From the NCBI GenBank assembly GCA_027923505.1, contig BROI01000022.1:186001-250000 (forward strand): DNA of 64,000 nt. The letters run 5' to 3'. A program made the translations under genes and the position numbers. The stretch comes from Mayamaea pseudoterrestris. Lineage: Eukaryota. Shown here one piece after another: positions 12,201 to 24,015 of the stretch (the first letter of the stretch is position 1; each line of letters begins with the position of its first letter). The notes under the pieces were generated by a model. The model was not told the origin of the DNA. It did not search any database and saw only the letters and a list, made by a program, of their open reading frames with translations.

Positions 12201-12857
12201 AGGCTGTGATCGCTGCCTTCGTAAATGCGCCATGAGTTTGTGCTCGCCTTCACCTGGAATGCTTGCGTCAGACCAAATTATAATCAAGTGCTTCCAACTT
12301 GGATCTTCCTGAAGACGTTTCCGAATATAAAATCGCAAATAGTCAGATAGCTTTGTCATGAATTTTGTTCCTGGAGTAATCACGTTGGAATCCCAAGCGG
12401 AACTTGCAGCTGGTTTCTTGCTTTGTTGCTTTCCCATGCTTGAACGCACTTGATCTTGAATTTCGGCTAGTTCTCGAGCCTCCTCGGCTGCTCTGAATCG
12501 TCTTGCTCGTTGCTGATTCATTTTGGCTCTTGGCGCCACTCCATCCACGGCCAAGTAAAGTAATCGTCGTGGTCTGACTGCCCGAACAAGTCGATCTACG
12601 TATTTGCAAACGTTTTCAAACATTTCTTGCTCCGTCGCTGGTTGCGGTCCATTCTCCGGATGACTGCAGGGATGAATGATTCCATTCATGTCAATGTATA
12701 GATTGTCGCATTCTAGTCCCGATGGATTGGGGCCTCGCCAGTCCAATGGCATAGGTTGATGGGAAAAGGCATCCATTCTCACTCGTTCCTCGGCAACATT
12801 GGAGACAATCTTTGGATACTTTTCGGACAGCCAGCGGTAGAATGCCGGGACTCCCAT
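9237..12857 (-). CDS. XRN2: 5'-3' exoribonuclease 2 (Xrn2/Rat1)
   Basis: MGVPAFYRWL, NLYIDMNGIIHPC, DGVAPRAKMNQQR, PGEGEHK, GLDADLIMLGLATHE, FFVGNDFLPHLP, SWKWYYPFHYAPFASD; ends after the nuclease core with no XRN1-type extra domains. Confidence 0.93.
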   Translation of the reverse strand: MGVPAFYRWLSEKYPKIVSNVAEERVRMDAFSHQPMPLDWRGPNPSGLECDNLYIDMNGIIHPCSHPENGPQPATEQEMFENVCKYVDRLVRAVRPRRLLYLAVDGVAPRAKMNQQRARRFRAAEEARELAEIQDQVRSSMGKQQSKKPAASSAWDSNVITPGTKFMTKLSDYLRFYIRKRLQEDPSWKHLIIIWSDASIPGEGEHKLMAHLRRQRSQPGYDPNAVHVLHGLDADLIMLGLATHEAHFYVCREQVLFGRKSVEMAEQRQLDSGHKDQQEQLNQAVGAEAMGLLENQQTPLQRISIPILREYLQAEFEECLRPEYLSFAPSLERLIDDIVFLCFFVGNDFLPHLPSLDIRDGGLDFLFNVYKRILPSLGDYITKSGGNVNLSHVDVILSQVGALEDYVFAMKHESEERNKKFQQDRKARDKQQGGRRNNPGPPPEPTAPVEHHARKGRSSKILGASEQTVVPLSRKHGRKDDTRQSKKIKHMEIEENTRAALALKQSLTAVSGAGNATEELDVGRNKGTDNGAEMLNETATSAGDSASESQYADAQSGESMADESVNRSGSKRKHEQVILIEQDDETAPAEATNTIEAGAVGDAELYEDGAEFCDDDIDVVVDDDELEDNLPKLEEALVEELDPETARVFKDKVQAQIRQKLDEHAKQVEDKVRLHEPGWKDRYYRDKCKADDVEKHGGREHLFRSYVMGLCWVMKYYYDGCPSWKWYYPFHYAPFASDLKNIERFQNDCKSFEQNAPFNPIEQLMAVLPPDSSHAIPVASRWLMLDPESPINDFYPTSVPVDPNGKAMPWLWVVLLPFIEEERLLAAMSPTMSKWTKEELLCNARGMDDGYLYTHNSHPFANKLLTIVDGKTATAPKARLTDSASHGVKGLTGAVRPPLSHEVFPLGDEVSIPLPPNAEATSDSSRVFSDKLHSNEVVVAAFTEPPKLSHKSILLPGARPPPPSLKPDDKIIRRPRLNRFGGTIANMGGSGNNQSHQQGYGSMNISSQERQLAYQNGRGNQMNQPGTRSWGSMEPQQTYRRPLPPPMPQLPHVANPFLAPNRPNGQTAWQGQPTHAPPQPGMNYNMQQPQWQQQHLSQQYQQHSGANYRQQPQQQQYPPQYQQGAHQQRPGQWNQGYQSQQMSNMAQQQRPPQQSFNFRSYNASGGLQPPGYTAQQPAGAIRPRASADIMANLKQQLADTLNKTKR

Positions 12858-13047
12858 GGTTACGTTATTTGCAAGTGGATCGCAGCTGTCTTTGAATGCA
12901 ATTTGCTGTACTGATCACAAGACAAGAATTGAAGCAAAGGAAGAAACTGTTGCAGACGAATGGAACGGGTGGCTGTCCACCTCGAGTGCGACAAAAATCC
13001 AGTCGTGTTGTGACTTCATCGGAATCGACGGCGCGTGTGCCAGGCTT

Positions 13048-13390
13048 CACAGTGCCAAAAACTTTGATTTCAACGGCTGTCGATGCTACACTCTAAACCA
13101 GTGTGCCAAAAACTTTGATTTTCAACGGCTATCACTAATACACTCTTGAGCACAGTGCCAAAAACTTTGATTTTCAACGGCCGTCAATGCTACACTCCGA
13201 ACCAGTGTGCCAAAAACTTTGATTTTCAACGGCTATCCTCGGTACACTCGGGAGCACAGTTCCAAAAACTTTGATTTTCAACGGCTGTCAATGTCACACT
13301 CCGAACCAGTGTGCCAAAAACTTTGATTTTCAACGGCTGTCAATGGTACACTCCGGAGCACAGTGCTAAAAACTTTGATTTTCGACTGCT
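13048..13390 (+). repeat. 52-bp minisatellite array, family B, about 6.5 units with alternating unit types
   Basis: Core gtgccaaaaactttgattttcaacggc occurs 7 times; units alternately begin cacagtgcc and cagtgtgcc. Confidence 0.95.
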
Positions 13391-13399
13391 CGGTACCAG

Positions 13400-16300
13400 G
13401 GACCTTCTCGACGATCTTGTTCACTTATAGCAATATAAACGACACATGGACCATCGCCGCTGCGTGATATTCAGCACACAAGAAGAATCGCAAGACAATG
13501 CAAGGAAAAGCAGCAAACACAAGACTTGAAAACAAGGATCAAGCAATGTGGTTGTATCGCAGGAGCAGCATGAAGAAGGTCACAGTCAGCAGCCAGCCGC
13601 AGCCACGAGCCGGACGACCAAGGAAGATTGAAACAACGATGACAGTTCCATTTACATGATCAGGCGCATTCAATCAACAGCACTATAAAATATTGACGCA
13701 AGTCATTGTTTCGTACTTCACAAATGGAATCGTAGTTTCCGATGTTTGAGTTGACTCGCGTCAATGAATTTCTTGCCGAGCGACTCAGCGCCAGCGCGTT
13801 ATAACAAGTTATACCCTCGGACTTCACACTGATGGAGGAGCTTGAGATGGATTGATAACGTCAATATGTGTCTATTGGCAATGGATTTGCGAGCGCCTTT
13901 ATTGACGAAACGCTCGCAGAAGCGTCACCATGTCATGACGATGACGCTAGAGCCTCTTTTCATTCGACCATCCAGTCACCACATGCACGAACTGGACCCA
14001 TCCTTTGTTATAAGTCTGCGTCTTTTACCGCGCGGCAGTGGCTTTTTTCACGCATATGGAACGTACGGGACCCTCGTTGACTCGGATGCATTCGCGTTGC
14101 CCCTTCGCGTCGGAGAACACATGGCCGTTCATCAACACGTGCCACATTGGAAATCTTAAAAACTTTTGCAAAGAAAACGCATTGGTTAATCATATTTGGT
14201 GAAAGATGAATCACTCTGGCGAGCCAGATTCGCATTTGGCACTTCGCATGCTGCATAGCGTGTTCTTAATAGTCAACTGTTGGGCGATAAAGGATGTTGT
14301 CTATAGAGACGATGGAATGAATGTAATTGTCCTTTACACAGCGAATTAGTAATATGCTTGCCATCGTTACATAATGCCCATACGTAGAGCCATCCGTATG
14401 GCCAAATCAAGCCGTGCGACTTTGAACCTCATGGATGGTAACTCTTCATCGGCACCATCCCCTTTGAAAGCGCATGGCACCTACCTTGTCAAGTCAGTGA
14501 AACAGTAGCCGAGTCCTCTCGGCCGTCAGCAGCTGCAAAGCGCCTTATAATTCAATACGAAGTGCAATGTACAAGCAGCAATCGTCCATCCTTCCTTCCG
14601 AGAAGCCGAGCAATCCAATGCATGCACATGTTTAAATCCTCCGTTATTATCGACATTCTTCATGGCAACGAATCTTGCTACAAAAGTTTCGCATCGTAGT
14701 ATAATAGCCGAGTTTCATTAACAAATGGAACCGTATTTTTTTATCAAGAAGAGTACGACAATTTGGATCGTCGGTCATCAGTCGTCGGTTGCTTCTAGTC
14801 CAGCCACCTCCAAATGCAGCGACCTTGACTATGTAAACCCGAATCAACTGAACCGATGCAAATGCCCATTGAATTGTGCGCCGAGGCTAAAGGGTACTGC
14901 GCGATTGTGCGTAATGATCGGCATATTGCCTCGATCATTCCTTGACAGCATATTGCCAGTCGCTATGCCAATTTTGAAAGAGCTGGTGATCCGCGAGACG
15001 GCCCAAGCCCTCATAAGTCGATAATCACATATATCTTTCACAATGAAAAAGGAAAAAAGTCTCCAGCTTGCGTCCATCAAGATGTTGGTAGGAGTGCGGC
15101 CCAATAAGAGCTTAATCATTGAAACTTTACGACAAGGAGTGCAACTGCAGTCGCTTGGCCCGTTAGAATTGCATCTGCATGCCGATAAAGCAGGAAGTTT
15201 CCAAGAACAGGCAGCTTTCGCAAGATAGGATAACGGGCATCGATTACATCGAGATGCAGCAACGAGGAAGGTCAGCATGATGGCGTCCACATCAACCACG
15301 CTGCTTGTGAGGTAACCAGTTTTGCCGTGGACAGATGAGTTGGCATTTCTCATCGCCACCGACCGCCATGTCTGCCACAAGACATACTCCTGTATGACGT
15401 CGATTACCTCCCGCTGTCAGCGCTTTCGTCAAGCAAGTATAGCTTTTTCGGACGCCACTGCCGCATCAAAATTGCTGGTCCGGCGTTTCGTACGAGGCAG
15501 CAACAGCTGCTTTAAATACAATTATTGTTGCAGTGCCCGACGATCTTCCAACATGTAACGTTTGGCCGCGCATGCCGTAACGAGCCACCACTCTAAGCTG
15601 AAGACAGTTAACAATTTTATTCCTCAATCCTTTCGACGCAACGTCGCAACGGGCGAATACCGCCGTGCGAGAACGTCGTATATACACATGACATGCACAT
15701 GTCGATCACATTCAAGCGACACATGGCAAATTCAAGCTCCTTACACACATGCTTAATGCCGACTAGCGCAAATTCAATATGCAGCGAGCTTTCCACTTCT
15801 TGAGCCTTGTATTGTTCCGCTTTGCGTCGGCAAAGGTGAACATGTCCATGGCAAAGTTGCTCCCAATCCAATATATATACTGAGAGGCGCTAAACTTCAA
15901 TCTTGAGTTCAACCCTCTTGGCCAACTCGGCATTGCTGCAACTTTTCTCGAAGCAAACGTCCCCATTTGATCGTTGTGGCGTACTGTAATGTGCTATACT
16001 GCAGGCATTTGAGCAAAGACGTTGTAGCAAAATTTGTTTTCCATCATTAACCTTCCAATGAATATCTCGTAGCACCATGATTGTCGGTTGGCAGAGCGCT
16101 GCAGTAATGACAGCCAATGCCTGACGTGCACATCCTCTACTGTACCGGTAGGTTGCTTCGTAGATCGCAAACTACATGATTCTCCTCCGTGAGTCCTGCC
16201 GTGGATGCTGATGCTCTCAAAGTCAGCTTGAGTCGATGCGTGCCGACCAATGTGCATGGTCTGCTCCATCATTTACTGGAAATGTACGTCGTACGTCGTC

Positions 16301-16400
16301 GTATCAGAAGACTAGCGTTGGCAATTTTTGCCATCATTGAATGTCAATAGCCTTATATGCATTGGGCGATGATACGTCCGTCAAGTGCAACAAGAAAAAT
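13400..16400. other. About 3 kb without a credible intact gene; probable decayed gene or transposon remnant
   Basis: Only short ORFs. Several share a frame and are separated by stops (+ strand 14725, 15043, 15322, 15562; - strand 15890 and 15617). No recognisable motif. Confidence 0.35.
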
Positions 16401-16479
16401 GAAGTGTGCGATGGAACGACTCGATGTTGACGAAAACCTTTCCTGTAACGCTACGACATTCAAAGAGCCAAAGAGCCAT

Positions 16480-16675
16480 ATGATTGGTTGAAAGATCTTT
16501 CGTCAGTTTATGTGAAAATGGACCCAACAGGAGATCTTTGTTTCGATTGGCTAGACCGAGTGACAATAACTTTGAAAACTGGCCCAAGAGAGTTCAATTC
16601 ATTTCATTGGTCTATTTCGTGACCAATAACTTTGAAAACAGGCCCAACTAACTTTGTGTGATTTGATTGGTCATA
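16480..16675 (+). promoter_or_regulatory. Putative promoter with clustered CCAAT boxes and a 60-bp-spaced direct repeat
   Basis: Several attgg/ccaat sites; caataactttgaaaac(t/a)ggcccaa at about 16564 and 16624; lies 200-400 bp upstream of the ATG at 16880. Confidence 0.4.
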
Positions 16676-16879
16676 TACGAGTCATTAATGACGGTAGAGC
16701 TTCCGAGTGAACCTTGCGTGACGCAATTCCAAGGCATGAACGGCCGTCGACGCTTGGATCGAGGCACAGTAGCCAACAAGACTGCCAAACAAGCGATAGC
16801 AGACGAGAGTCTATGACAGTATAGCTTCTTTCTAGCAAGAGTAGCTGCCTGAACGATCATTCCATCGCCATTTTGCAGC

Positions 16880-18266
16880 ATGCCTCGCGTTCGAATCCTC
16901 GAGTCCAAGCTCGGCAAAAAGGCAGGCGCCGCGCCAAGCAACGCAACGAGTACACCGTCGGCTCCAACAGCCTCCATGATACAGGGCCGATGGGACGATT
17001 CCAGTCGCGACTTGACTGACAATGGTTCCGGCGTCTTGCTTGCCTCGACTCCATCACTGGATGAGCGCGACAAGAATCACATCGGTCAGCATCCGGCGCT
17101 ACGCGACTTGACCATTATGAATACGCAATCCAAGGTTCGACTGGTTCCAAATGGACCGCCGACGGAATTGAGTAACGAATGCTTCGACGGAAAGGTCATG
17201 TTAATGATACGAACGCCAGATGTCGATGACTTGGAGCATTCCGGAATTCACTTCGATGCCTTGTGTCAAGAGCTAGACCTTTGCGACTCGGCGGTGCAAA
17301 TGAGTAAATACTTTGCCGGCAAGAAGCGAAGATTTGAGTTTCAGTTTCAAATTAAATTGAAGAGTGAGTCATGCACGAGTATTTTGATATGGCTACTGCA
17401 TTTGGTGTGAGGAGAGAGAGGAGGTGAAACGAGAGGCTGGTGACCGGCGACGACATTTTGCTTCATTGAATTTCCCAGCTATATTTCGCATTCGTTTATT
17501 GTTTCTTTCGCTCATTCGACGTTTCATTCCCTTCACTTTGACAGAGATACCCGAAGGACCGCTCTTTCTCGGCTGCGAGCTGGAGCATGCCATCAAGATT
17601 GGAACACTTACCAAGGGGTTGGTGGGCATTCTACTCGCCATGGTGCGACGCATTAATCCAGGCTTTCATTACGCTTGGGGACCAACCTCGGCGGCTTGTA
17701 CCACTACCAATCCTCCCGGAGAATATGAAAAGACGCACTTGTCATTTCCAGTGGAAGCAAGCATGGATCGCATTGTCATTACCAAACCCAACCAGACGCC
17801 ACCAACCCTTGGCGAGGAACTCATGGAATCCAATGAATCAGTCAAGCGCCGACGCAAAATTGGCGCCGGCGCCGTCGATTGGAACCTACAAGACACGTAC
17901 ACCATGTGCCTTTGGAGTGCCTACTGCGACTGGATCAAGTGGAAGTCCTTGAATGTACCTGGCGTGACGCCATTTCTGTTGTCGCGCGTCACTGGCACGC
18001 AGCCAATTTACTTGAGCGTTTACGAAATCACTGGCATTGATCCGCATGAATACAGGCGGCGTCGAGGCGTTCCGCACTATCGCAAAGATTTGAACGTTTA
18101 CACCTGCTTGGAGTTTGCGCATCAGTATCACACGACGGGCGGGCTGGCGGAGAAACTGCTTGGCAAGAGCAAGACGGCCGGAGTCATTAGCACGGAACAG
18201 AGTCTACCGGATACAGAGTCACTGGACGATTCGGATTTTGAGACGGCTAGTCGAGCGACAGTATAG
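16880..18266 (+). CDS. DUF1769 domain protein; 2 exons
   Basis: YFAGKKRRFEFQFQ, LFLGCEL, FHYAWG, MDRIVITKPNQTPPTLG, YTMCLWSAYCDWIKW. Intron 17364-17544 (gtgagt...gacag) joins the two ORFs. Confidence 0.75.
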
Positions 18267-18476
18267 ATTCAAATGGGCGGCGAGTCGTTTGAGGTGCAGT
18301 AATGGTTTTTCGCTGGCATTACTGTTAGGTCGCATGAGACTGCATCTAAATAATAAACACTAGTCTACAGTGGTTTCTGTGGCTCTTTAGCAGCTGTTTA
18401 TTAAGATCACCAACATAGCATTAATGGACATATGGAACTGGAGCCTCAAAGTACTGCAATGCGTTTGATCATCGTA

Positions 18477-20783
18477 TTACTCTTCCAGTCCTGACGGCAA
18501 CGAACACGTGGGCCGCACCAAAGTGCTGCAAAGCGTTGTTTCGAAATTAAAAACTTCCTCTTCGCCCTCCGAATCAGATGCAAAGACAGGGACCTTTTCC
18601 ACATTCAAGACATCTACAAAATCTGTCTCGTTATCGCGTGTCGACTGCTTATTAGCCTCTTCTGACAAGAATCGTCCATCGGCGTCCACGTCGAACTCAT
18701 CTTCCTCCTCCACGTACTCAACATTGGCCGGCAGCATTTGGAAATCCGGAGCAAACGCCGTCCAGTCCATTTTGGGCCCCCAAACATCAATCAACCCATC
18801 GCTCGTCGCCACGGCGATAAAGGCGCGAGTCGGATGCCATGCGACGCTGTACAACTGCACGGGCGACCCCGTTAGTTTGTCTATGAGCGCCCCTGTCGAG
18901 GTGCTCCAGACATATAGCTCGTACTTGTTATCGTCTCCATTTGCTCCAGCTACCAAGTATTCACCATCCATTCCACTCAAGTCGCAGCAGACAAACTTGA
19001 CTTTGGATACCAAGTCTTGAAAGAGCCAGGTTGGCTTCCGGTCCATCACTGGACCATTTTGCCAAAGTTCGTCAGTGGAAAACAGCCGCAACGCACCATC
19101 CGCCGAGTTGACAACAAGGTACTTGCCGTTGCGTGACACCAGCAAGTGCCACGCTGTCGAGCCACCAAGCGATATCTTAAAATGGCATGCGGTATTAGGA
19201 AGCCTTGCGGGGTACGAGGCTCGTTGGTCCGACGGTCGATCCCCATCTATGGCGCTATCTGTCCCTGTTGCTGTTGTTGTCGGAAAGGGCCAATCATCTC
19301 GTCGCAATAGCGCCCTCCAAATTGCAGCAACGTCAAACCCAAGCAGCATTCCATTCTTGGTCGCTGCATAAACGCGATCCCCGTGGCGATCAAAGGATGC
19401 ACATGTAATGCTTGACGACGATGACGATCCTTCATTCCATAGTTGCACAATGACTGCTACTGGTTGTTGTTGTCCTCGAATGCTTTGGCTCGCGTAAGTG
19501 TTAATGTTGCCTTGTAAACGTTCGCTCATCGCCTGCTGCATTCCGCGACTAGATGTATGTTCAAAGGCTGATTTTGGCACCCAAAACAAGACCAAGCTTC
19601 CGTCACTCAAGACAGCGAGCCCTCCCGTGGGGCATCGCGGACAAGTTTGCACCGGACCGCCAATGGGCAAGTCAAAGTCGAAAGATACACACGGATGTTT
19701 GCGTAATGGTGACTGCGCCCATGACGACGACGAGTCATGCGTGGCGCCGGCATGTCGTGTCGTGGCTGATGCAATCGCTTGGTTTAACACGTGGACTGGA
19801 ATTGTGTCTCCAGGTTGTAGCAGAACATGCGAAAGATGGCGTCGACGCGGTGGTGAATCAGACTCGGAATGGCTTGTTTGAAGATTGGGATGAATTATAG
19901 TCGCGTGAATTGTTGCAGCAGCAGCTTCGGCTGGCGAATCCGCGGAAATCTTGTCGGACAGTGCTGCTTCGTCTCCCGCCTTTTCCTCATCGTCATTGTC
20001 ATCACTATCATCGTTATCATCTCCAGCTACTTCCTTTGCTTGCAGCTGCTGTTGTTTCTTTTGGTTTGCCTTTTTTTGTCGCAATAGCCCCATCCAAGCC
20101 TGCTGCCGCCCAAAGGGATGCTCATTGTCCCATAGCCGCACCATTGATGCGCCAACGCCAGCGCTCAAGAGAATGCGAGACTGCCTGGACCAGCTGACAC
20201 TAGTGACTCCATGAGTCTCATGCTTATCGCTAATCCTGCCTTCTAGCTGCTCATTGTCGTTGCTGCTACTGCTGACATTTGTTGCTGCTGGTTTTTCATT
20301 TGTCAGGCACTTGCTACTGTACAAGGCAACGAGCGATCGACTGGCTACTGAAAAGAAAGCCAGCGTCCCTGATCCATATCCACAGGCAAGAAAGGATCCT
20401 CGTCGATTAAACTGCAAGTGATAGGCGGCTCTATACTCTTGATCCTCCTCGTCAATTCCGTCCATATCGTTTGTGATATAATCATCATTCATTCCTCGCT
20501 TGCGCCTGACTTTGGCAGCCTTTGCCTGTCGCGCCACTGCGGCTGCTGCAAATTTCTTGGCCTTGCGTGAGACGGCCGCTTCCTTTTCATTGGTAGTTGT
20601 TGTCTCCGTAGCAGCTTCAGGTGATAATGTCTTGCTAGTATTTGCTTCCTCGTGTTGCTCCTGCTCCTGCTGCTGCTTGTGCTTATATGATGAGTAAAAG
20701 TGAAGACTGGGCGCCAACGACAACGTCGAATCAATGCGATCAGGGACTTGGCGTCCGAACGGATTCAGTAGTTCCAAATTCAT
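18477..20783 (-). CDS. RBBP5: RbBP5/Swd1 WD40 subunit of the COMPASS H3K4 methyltransferase complex
   Basis: MNLELLNPF start, FNRRGSFLACG, WD repeats (VAWHPTRAFIA), signature WTAFAPDFQMLPANVEYVEEEDEFD. Confidence 0.88.
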   Translation of the reverse strand: MNLELLNPFGRQVPDRIDSTLSLAPSLHFYSSYKHKQQQEQEQHEEANTSKTLSPEAATETTTTNEKEAAVSRKAKKFAAAAVARQAKAAKVRRKRGMNDDYITNDMDGIDEEDQEYRAAYHLQFNRRGSFLACGYGSGTLAFFSVASRSLVALYSSKCLTNEKPAATNVSSSSNDNEQLEGRISDKHETHGVTSVSWSRQSRILLSAGVGASMVRLWDNEHPFGRQQAWMGLLRQKKANQKKQQQLQAKEVAGDDNDDSDDNDDEEKAGDEAALSDKISADSPAEAAAATIHATIIHPNLQTSHSESDSPPRRRHLSHVLLQPGDTIPVHVLNQAIASATTRHAGATHDSSSSWAQSPLRKHPCVSFDFDLPIGGPVQTCPRCPTGGLAVLSDGSLVLFWVPKSAFEHTSSRGMQQAMSERLQGNINTYASQSIRGQQQPVAVIVQLWNEGSSSSSSITCASFDRHGDRVYAATKNGMLLGFDVAAIWRALLRRDDWPFPTTTATGTDSAIDGDRPSDQRASYPARLPNTACHFKISLGGSTAWHLLVSRNGKYLVVNSADGALRLFSTDELWQNGPVMDRKPTWLFQDLVSKVKFVCCDLSGMDGEYLVAGANGDDNKYELYVWSTSTGALIDKLTGSPVQLYSVAWHPTRAFIAVATSDGLIDVWGPKMDWTAFAPDFQMLPANVEYVEEEDEFDVDADGRFLSEEANKQSTRDNETDFVDVLNVEKVPVFASDSEGEEEVFNFETTLCSTLVRPTCSLPSGLEE

Positions 20784-21123
20784 TTTACAACTGTTGAGTA
20801 CAGTAGTATATAGTAATATTGAGTAGTGGGTAGTGCTATCTATAGCCGAAGCTTGGGTTCATCTTTTGGATCGTCGTCATGATGGTGGATCGAGTGGGTT
20901 TCACTCGGAAGTCGTAGCGGTACTTCTATCTGTCGCATCCTTTCTCTTTTCAGTCCCGCGAAACGAATGTGACCTTTCAAATGACCGCGCGAGCGCGGTT
21001 CGAACAATCGAAAGAACGGAGGCCAAAGCAAGGGATCAAAACGACTTGCGCTTGCTTGGCTCTTGTCGTCTACTCTCACAGCAACGTTACCATTGTCCAT
21101 ACATTCAAAAGCTAAATTGATCA

Positions 21124-24015
21124 ATGTCATCCTCTCGAGTATCTCGACGAGCAAATCATGCAACAAATAATGCACAACGATCCTCTGTTGGTGCTACATC
21201 ATCCTCCTCGTCCAATCCATCACCATTCACCATGTTTCGACGCAGCAGTCCAACCTGTTGGATTGGAACATCCATGTTCTGTCTAGTCATTGTATACGTT
21301 GGAGTCGTCGTTGTCGTTGCCAAGCATCACATGCAGGTGCAACACCAGTTACAATTACTTTCAGTAGACGGCTTGTCGCAGCAACAAGACGAAACGACAA
21401 ACATCAATCACCATTTATTACAGCAGCAGCAACAAGCAAAGCAGCTACGAGCCGATTCAGCCAATGTTGGAATACAAGATAAACCAAACCCCAAGCATGC
21501 AGCAATGGCAGGACTTGGTGGAAGCCAAAGCGTCAATGAAGCCAGAATACTCGACAAGCAACAACCCAAGGGCGACGACGGAGATGACGATGATGGCAAT
21601 GATGACGCTGAGGAAGACGATGAGGAGGAGGACGGGGATGATGCTGATGTAAAGGACAAATCATCCAACGGCAAGCAACCCGACGTCAGCAATCAACAAG
21701 AGAATCAGGCCATTGTTCGGCCACGCCACGAAAGACTAAAAGCCCGAGACGACTTTGGTCATGGAGGTGAGCCGCAAGTCATGACGCTTAAACCCCCCGA
21801 TACTTCCAATTTACAATTTACAGCGTCAACAACGGAGCATGACATTCCATTAGATCAGCATCCAACGCCAAACAATATACTAAAGGCATACATTGAACAG
21901 GTTGACTTTGACGAATGGGAGCAGAAACCACTTCCAGTCAGATCCAAAGCTACCAAAGAACATTTGCGCGAAATATCATACTCGCGTTTGCACTCCTGTC
22001 GCAACTTGATGGCGCAGTTCCCAGTGGACGACACTCCAACCAATCATGATCCATTTTTACCATGGATCCACGATGTATTTCCGACGGCAGACGGCAAGTT
22101 TATTCAGTTTGTCGCGCAAAACAAGCGACGCTGTCGAACAGGTTCGACCAAATCCGAAAAGGAAGCGCTACACTTTATGCAGCCGCAGGCTTCCTTGTTT
22201 CAACACGTTCCAGTGCAGCGAGTACACAATGACAATGATAGCGAAACTCGCTACAAGCTAGTTCCATATGAAAAGGCCGACGCGGATGGATTGGTGACGC
22301 GGTTCATATGTCGTTTCAAACCAAGCATGGAGGAAACCTTGAGCGTGCACAATGTTGACTACGATTGGACGGCACTCCGGAAAAAGTATCGCCATACTTT
22401 TGACAAGGACGATGGCGGTCTCAAATCAATTCACACGACACAGTTAATGTTTCAATGTCCCGTCCCCGAGCACTTGCAGGAGACTGTACGGACCGGAGCG
22501 GCGGTGCAAAATGACTGGACGTCGCTCTTTGTCGACTTGATTCCAATACGGACGCCACCAAGATATGGATCGCCGAATCGATACCTTGCGCCATGGTACA
22601 GCGAATTTCAAGCACCCGGTCAGGAAGCTTTCCGGCCAAGTAAAGAGTGGGGCGACGAGCACATATTGCCGCGAATTGAAGACTCTGGTCGATGGGAAAA
22701 CATTCCTATTTGTCAGCCATCGCTCATGGCTTGGGAGGGAGCCACCAAATCGGACTTGCCAGCGACGAAGGAGGATTCCATTCCGAAGCGACACAAGCTT
22801 GTTTCGTGCATTTGGGCATCGGCAGGTTACGCGACGCGAGGCAATCGATTCGCCATTAATGATGGACAGAGGCGGTTGCTGGAGTGGATGACTCATAACA
22901 AGAACATTGGATTTGATCACTTTTACATTTATGACAACACTGGAGCGTTTCGAAACGATACGTCGCTGAAAGCGGTTGCCGACTTGTTTCCTGGCGAAGC
23001 GACGATAATACCTTGGCCGTCAACCGTACGTGTGTGATTGTAACTGCAGTCGTTGACGTGTCATTGCTCTCATCTTAGCATCTCTTTGCAGATTTGCAAC
23101 AACAATCCAAACAATGTTGACAGTCCCGGCGAGCGTTCGTCTCAATATGCCGCGGAATCGTCATGTCGACTGCGGTTTGGTGCTCACGTGGATTGGATTG
23201 GCCAATTTGATATTGACGAATATCTAATTCCCATGGGTGATCACACGACAGCCACCTCGCTACTGGCAAAGCTAGACAAGGAGGATACGAAGATTATTTC
23301 CTTCCCTTCATGGCGCGCATGGCCTCGGTGGGAGCATATCGGCCCCATCGATAAGATTGAAGATTCAAAAGTATGTTGGTCGGACGAGCCCTGCTTCCAT
23401 CTTACAATTCCGCTGACAACAACCATGCTGCAAGCGTACAACTGCGACCGACAACTACCTGGTAAAAAGGCGCAAAGTATGCCGGCCGAAAAACAGATTT
23501 ACAAAGCAGGTACGTGAACAAGCAGCCACCCTTCCTAATGGGATGACCGTTGCCTGGTAACTCATGCGCTGGCTTGCCATTTTGATTCATACGCAGACTA
23601 CGTCACACAGCATTTTGTGCATTATTCAGCCGCTACAACTCTTTCGGCACTCAATCGATCCGAGTTCGAAAAGCAGTTTCCATGGAGGTATCGCGCTTTC
23701 CCTGACAGGAGGCAACGCTTTGCTAATGAGGTAACTGAAGGCTTGATGATACATAGCAAGGCCGTGGCAACGCAAGATACAGTCGGGTGGGAACGTGTCT
23801 GTCACATTGACATACAGAAAGAAACAAACAAGTGGAAACGAGGTCTGTGTCGATTAGGCGTTCCATGGCCCGTCGATCCAGGGCTAATCAAGCAAAATGC
23901 CACGGAAGAAGGTTGGGCCTACAATTGCTATGTGAACAGAAAGGTTGAAGAGTACTTTGTTCCTCGCCTCTATGGTGCTCTCAAGGACCAGTTGAAGATC
24001 TTTAATGCGCAGTAA
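21124..24015 (+). CDS. Second GT92-like type II membrane glycosyltransferase; 3 exons
   Basis: Anchor MFCLVIVYVGVVVVV, LLEWMTHNKNIGFDHFYIYDN, GERSSQYAAESSCR, FDIDEYL. Introns 23026-23091 and 23510-23596. Confidence 0.8.
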
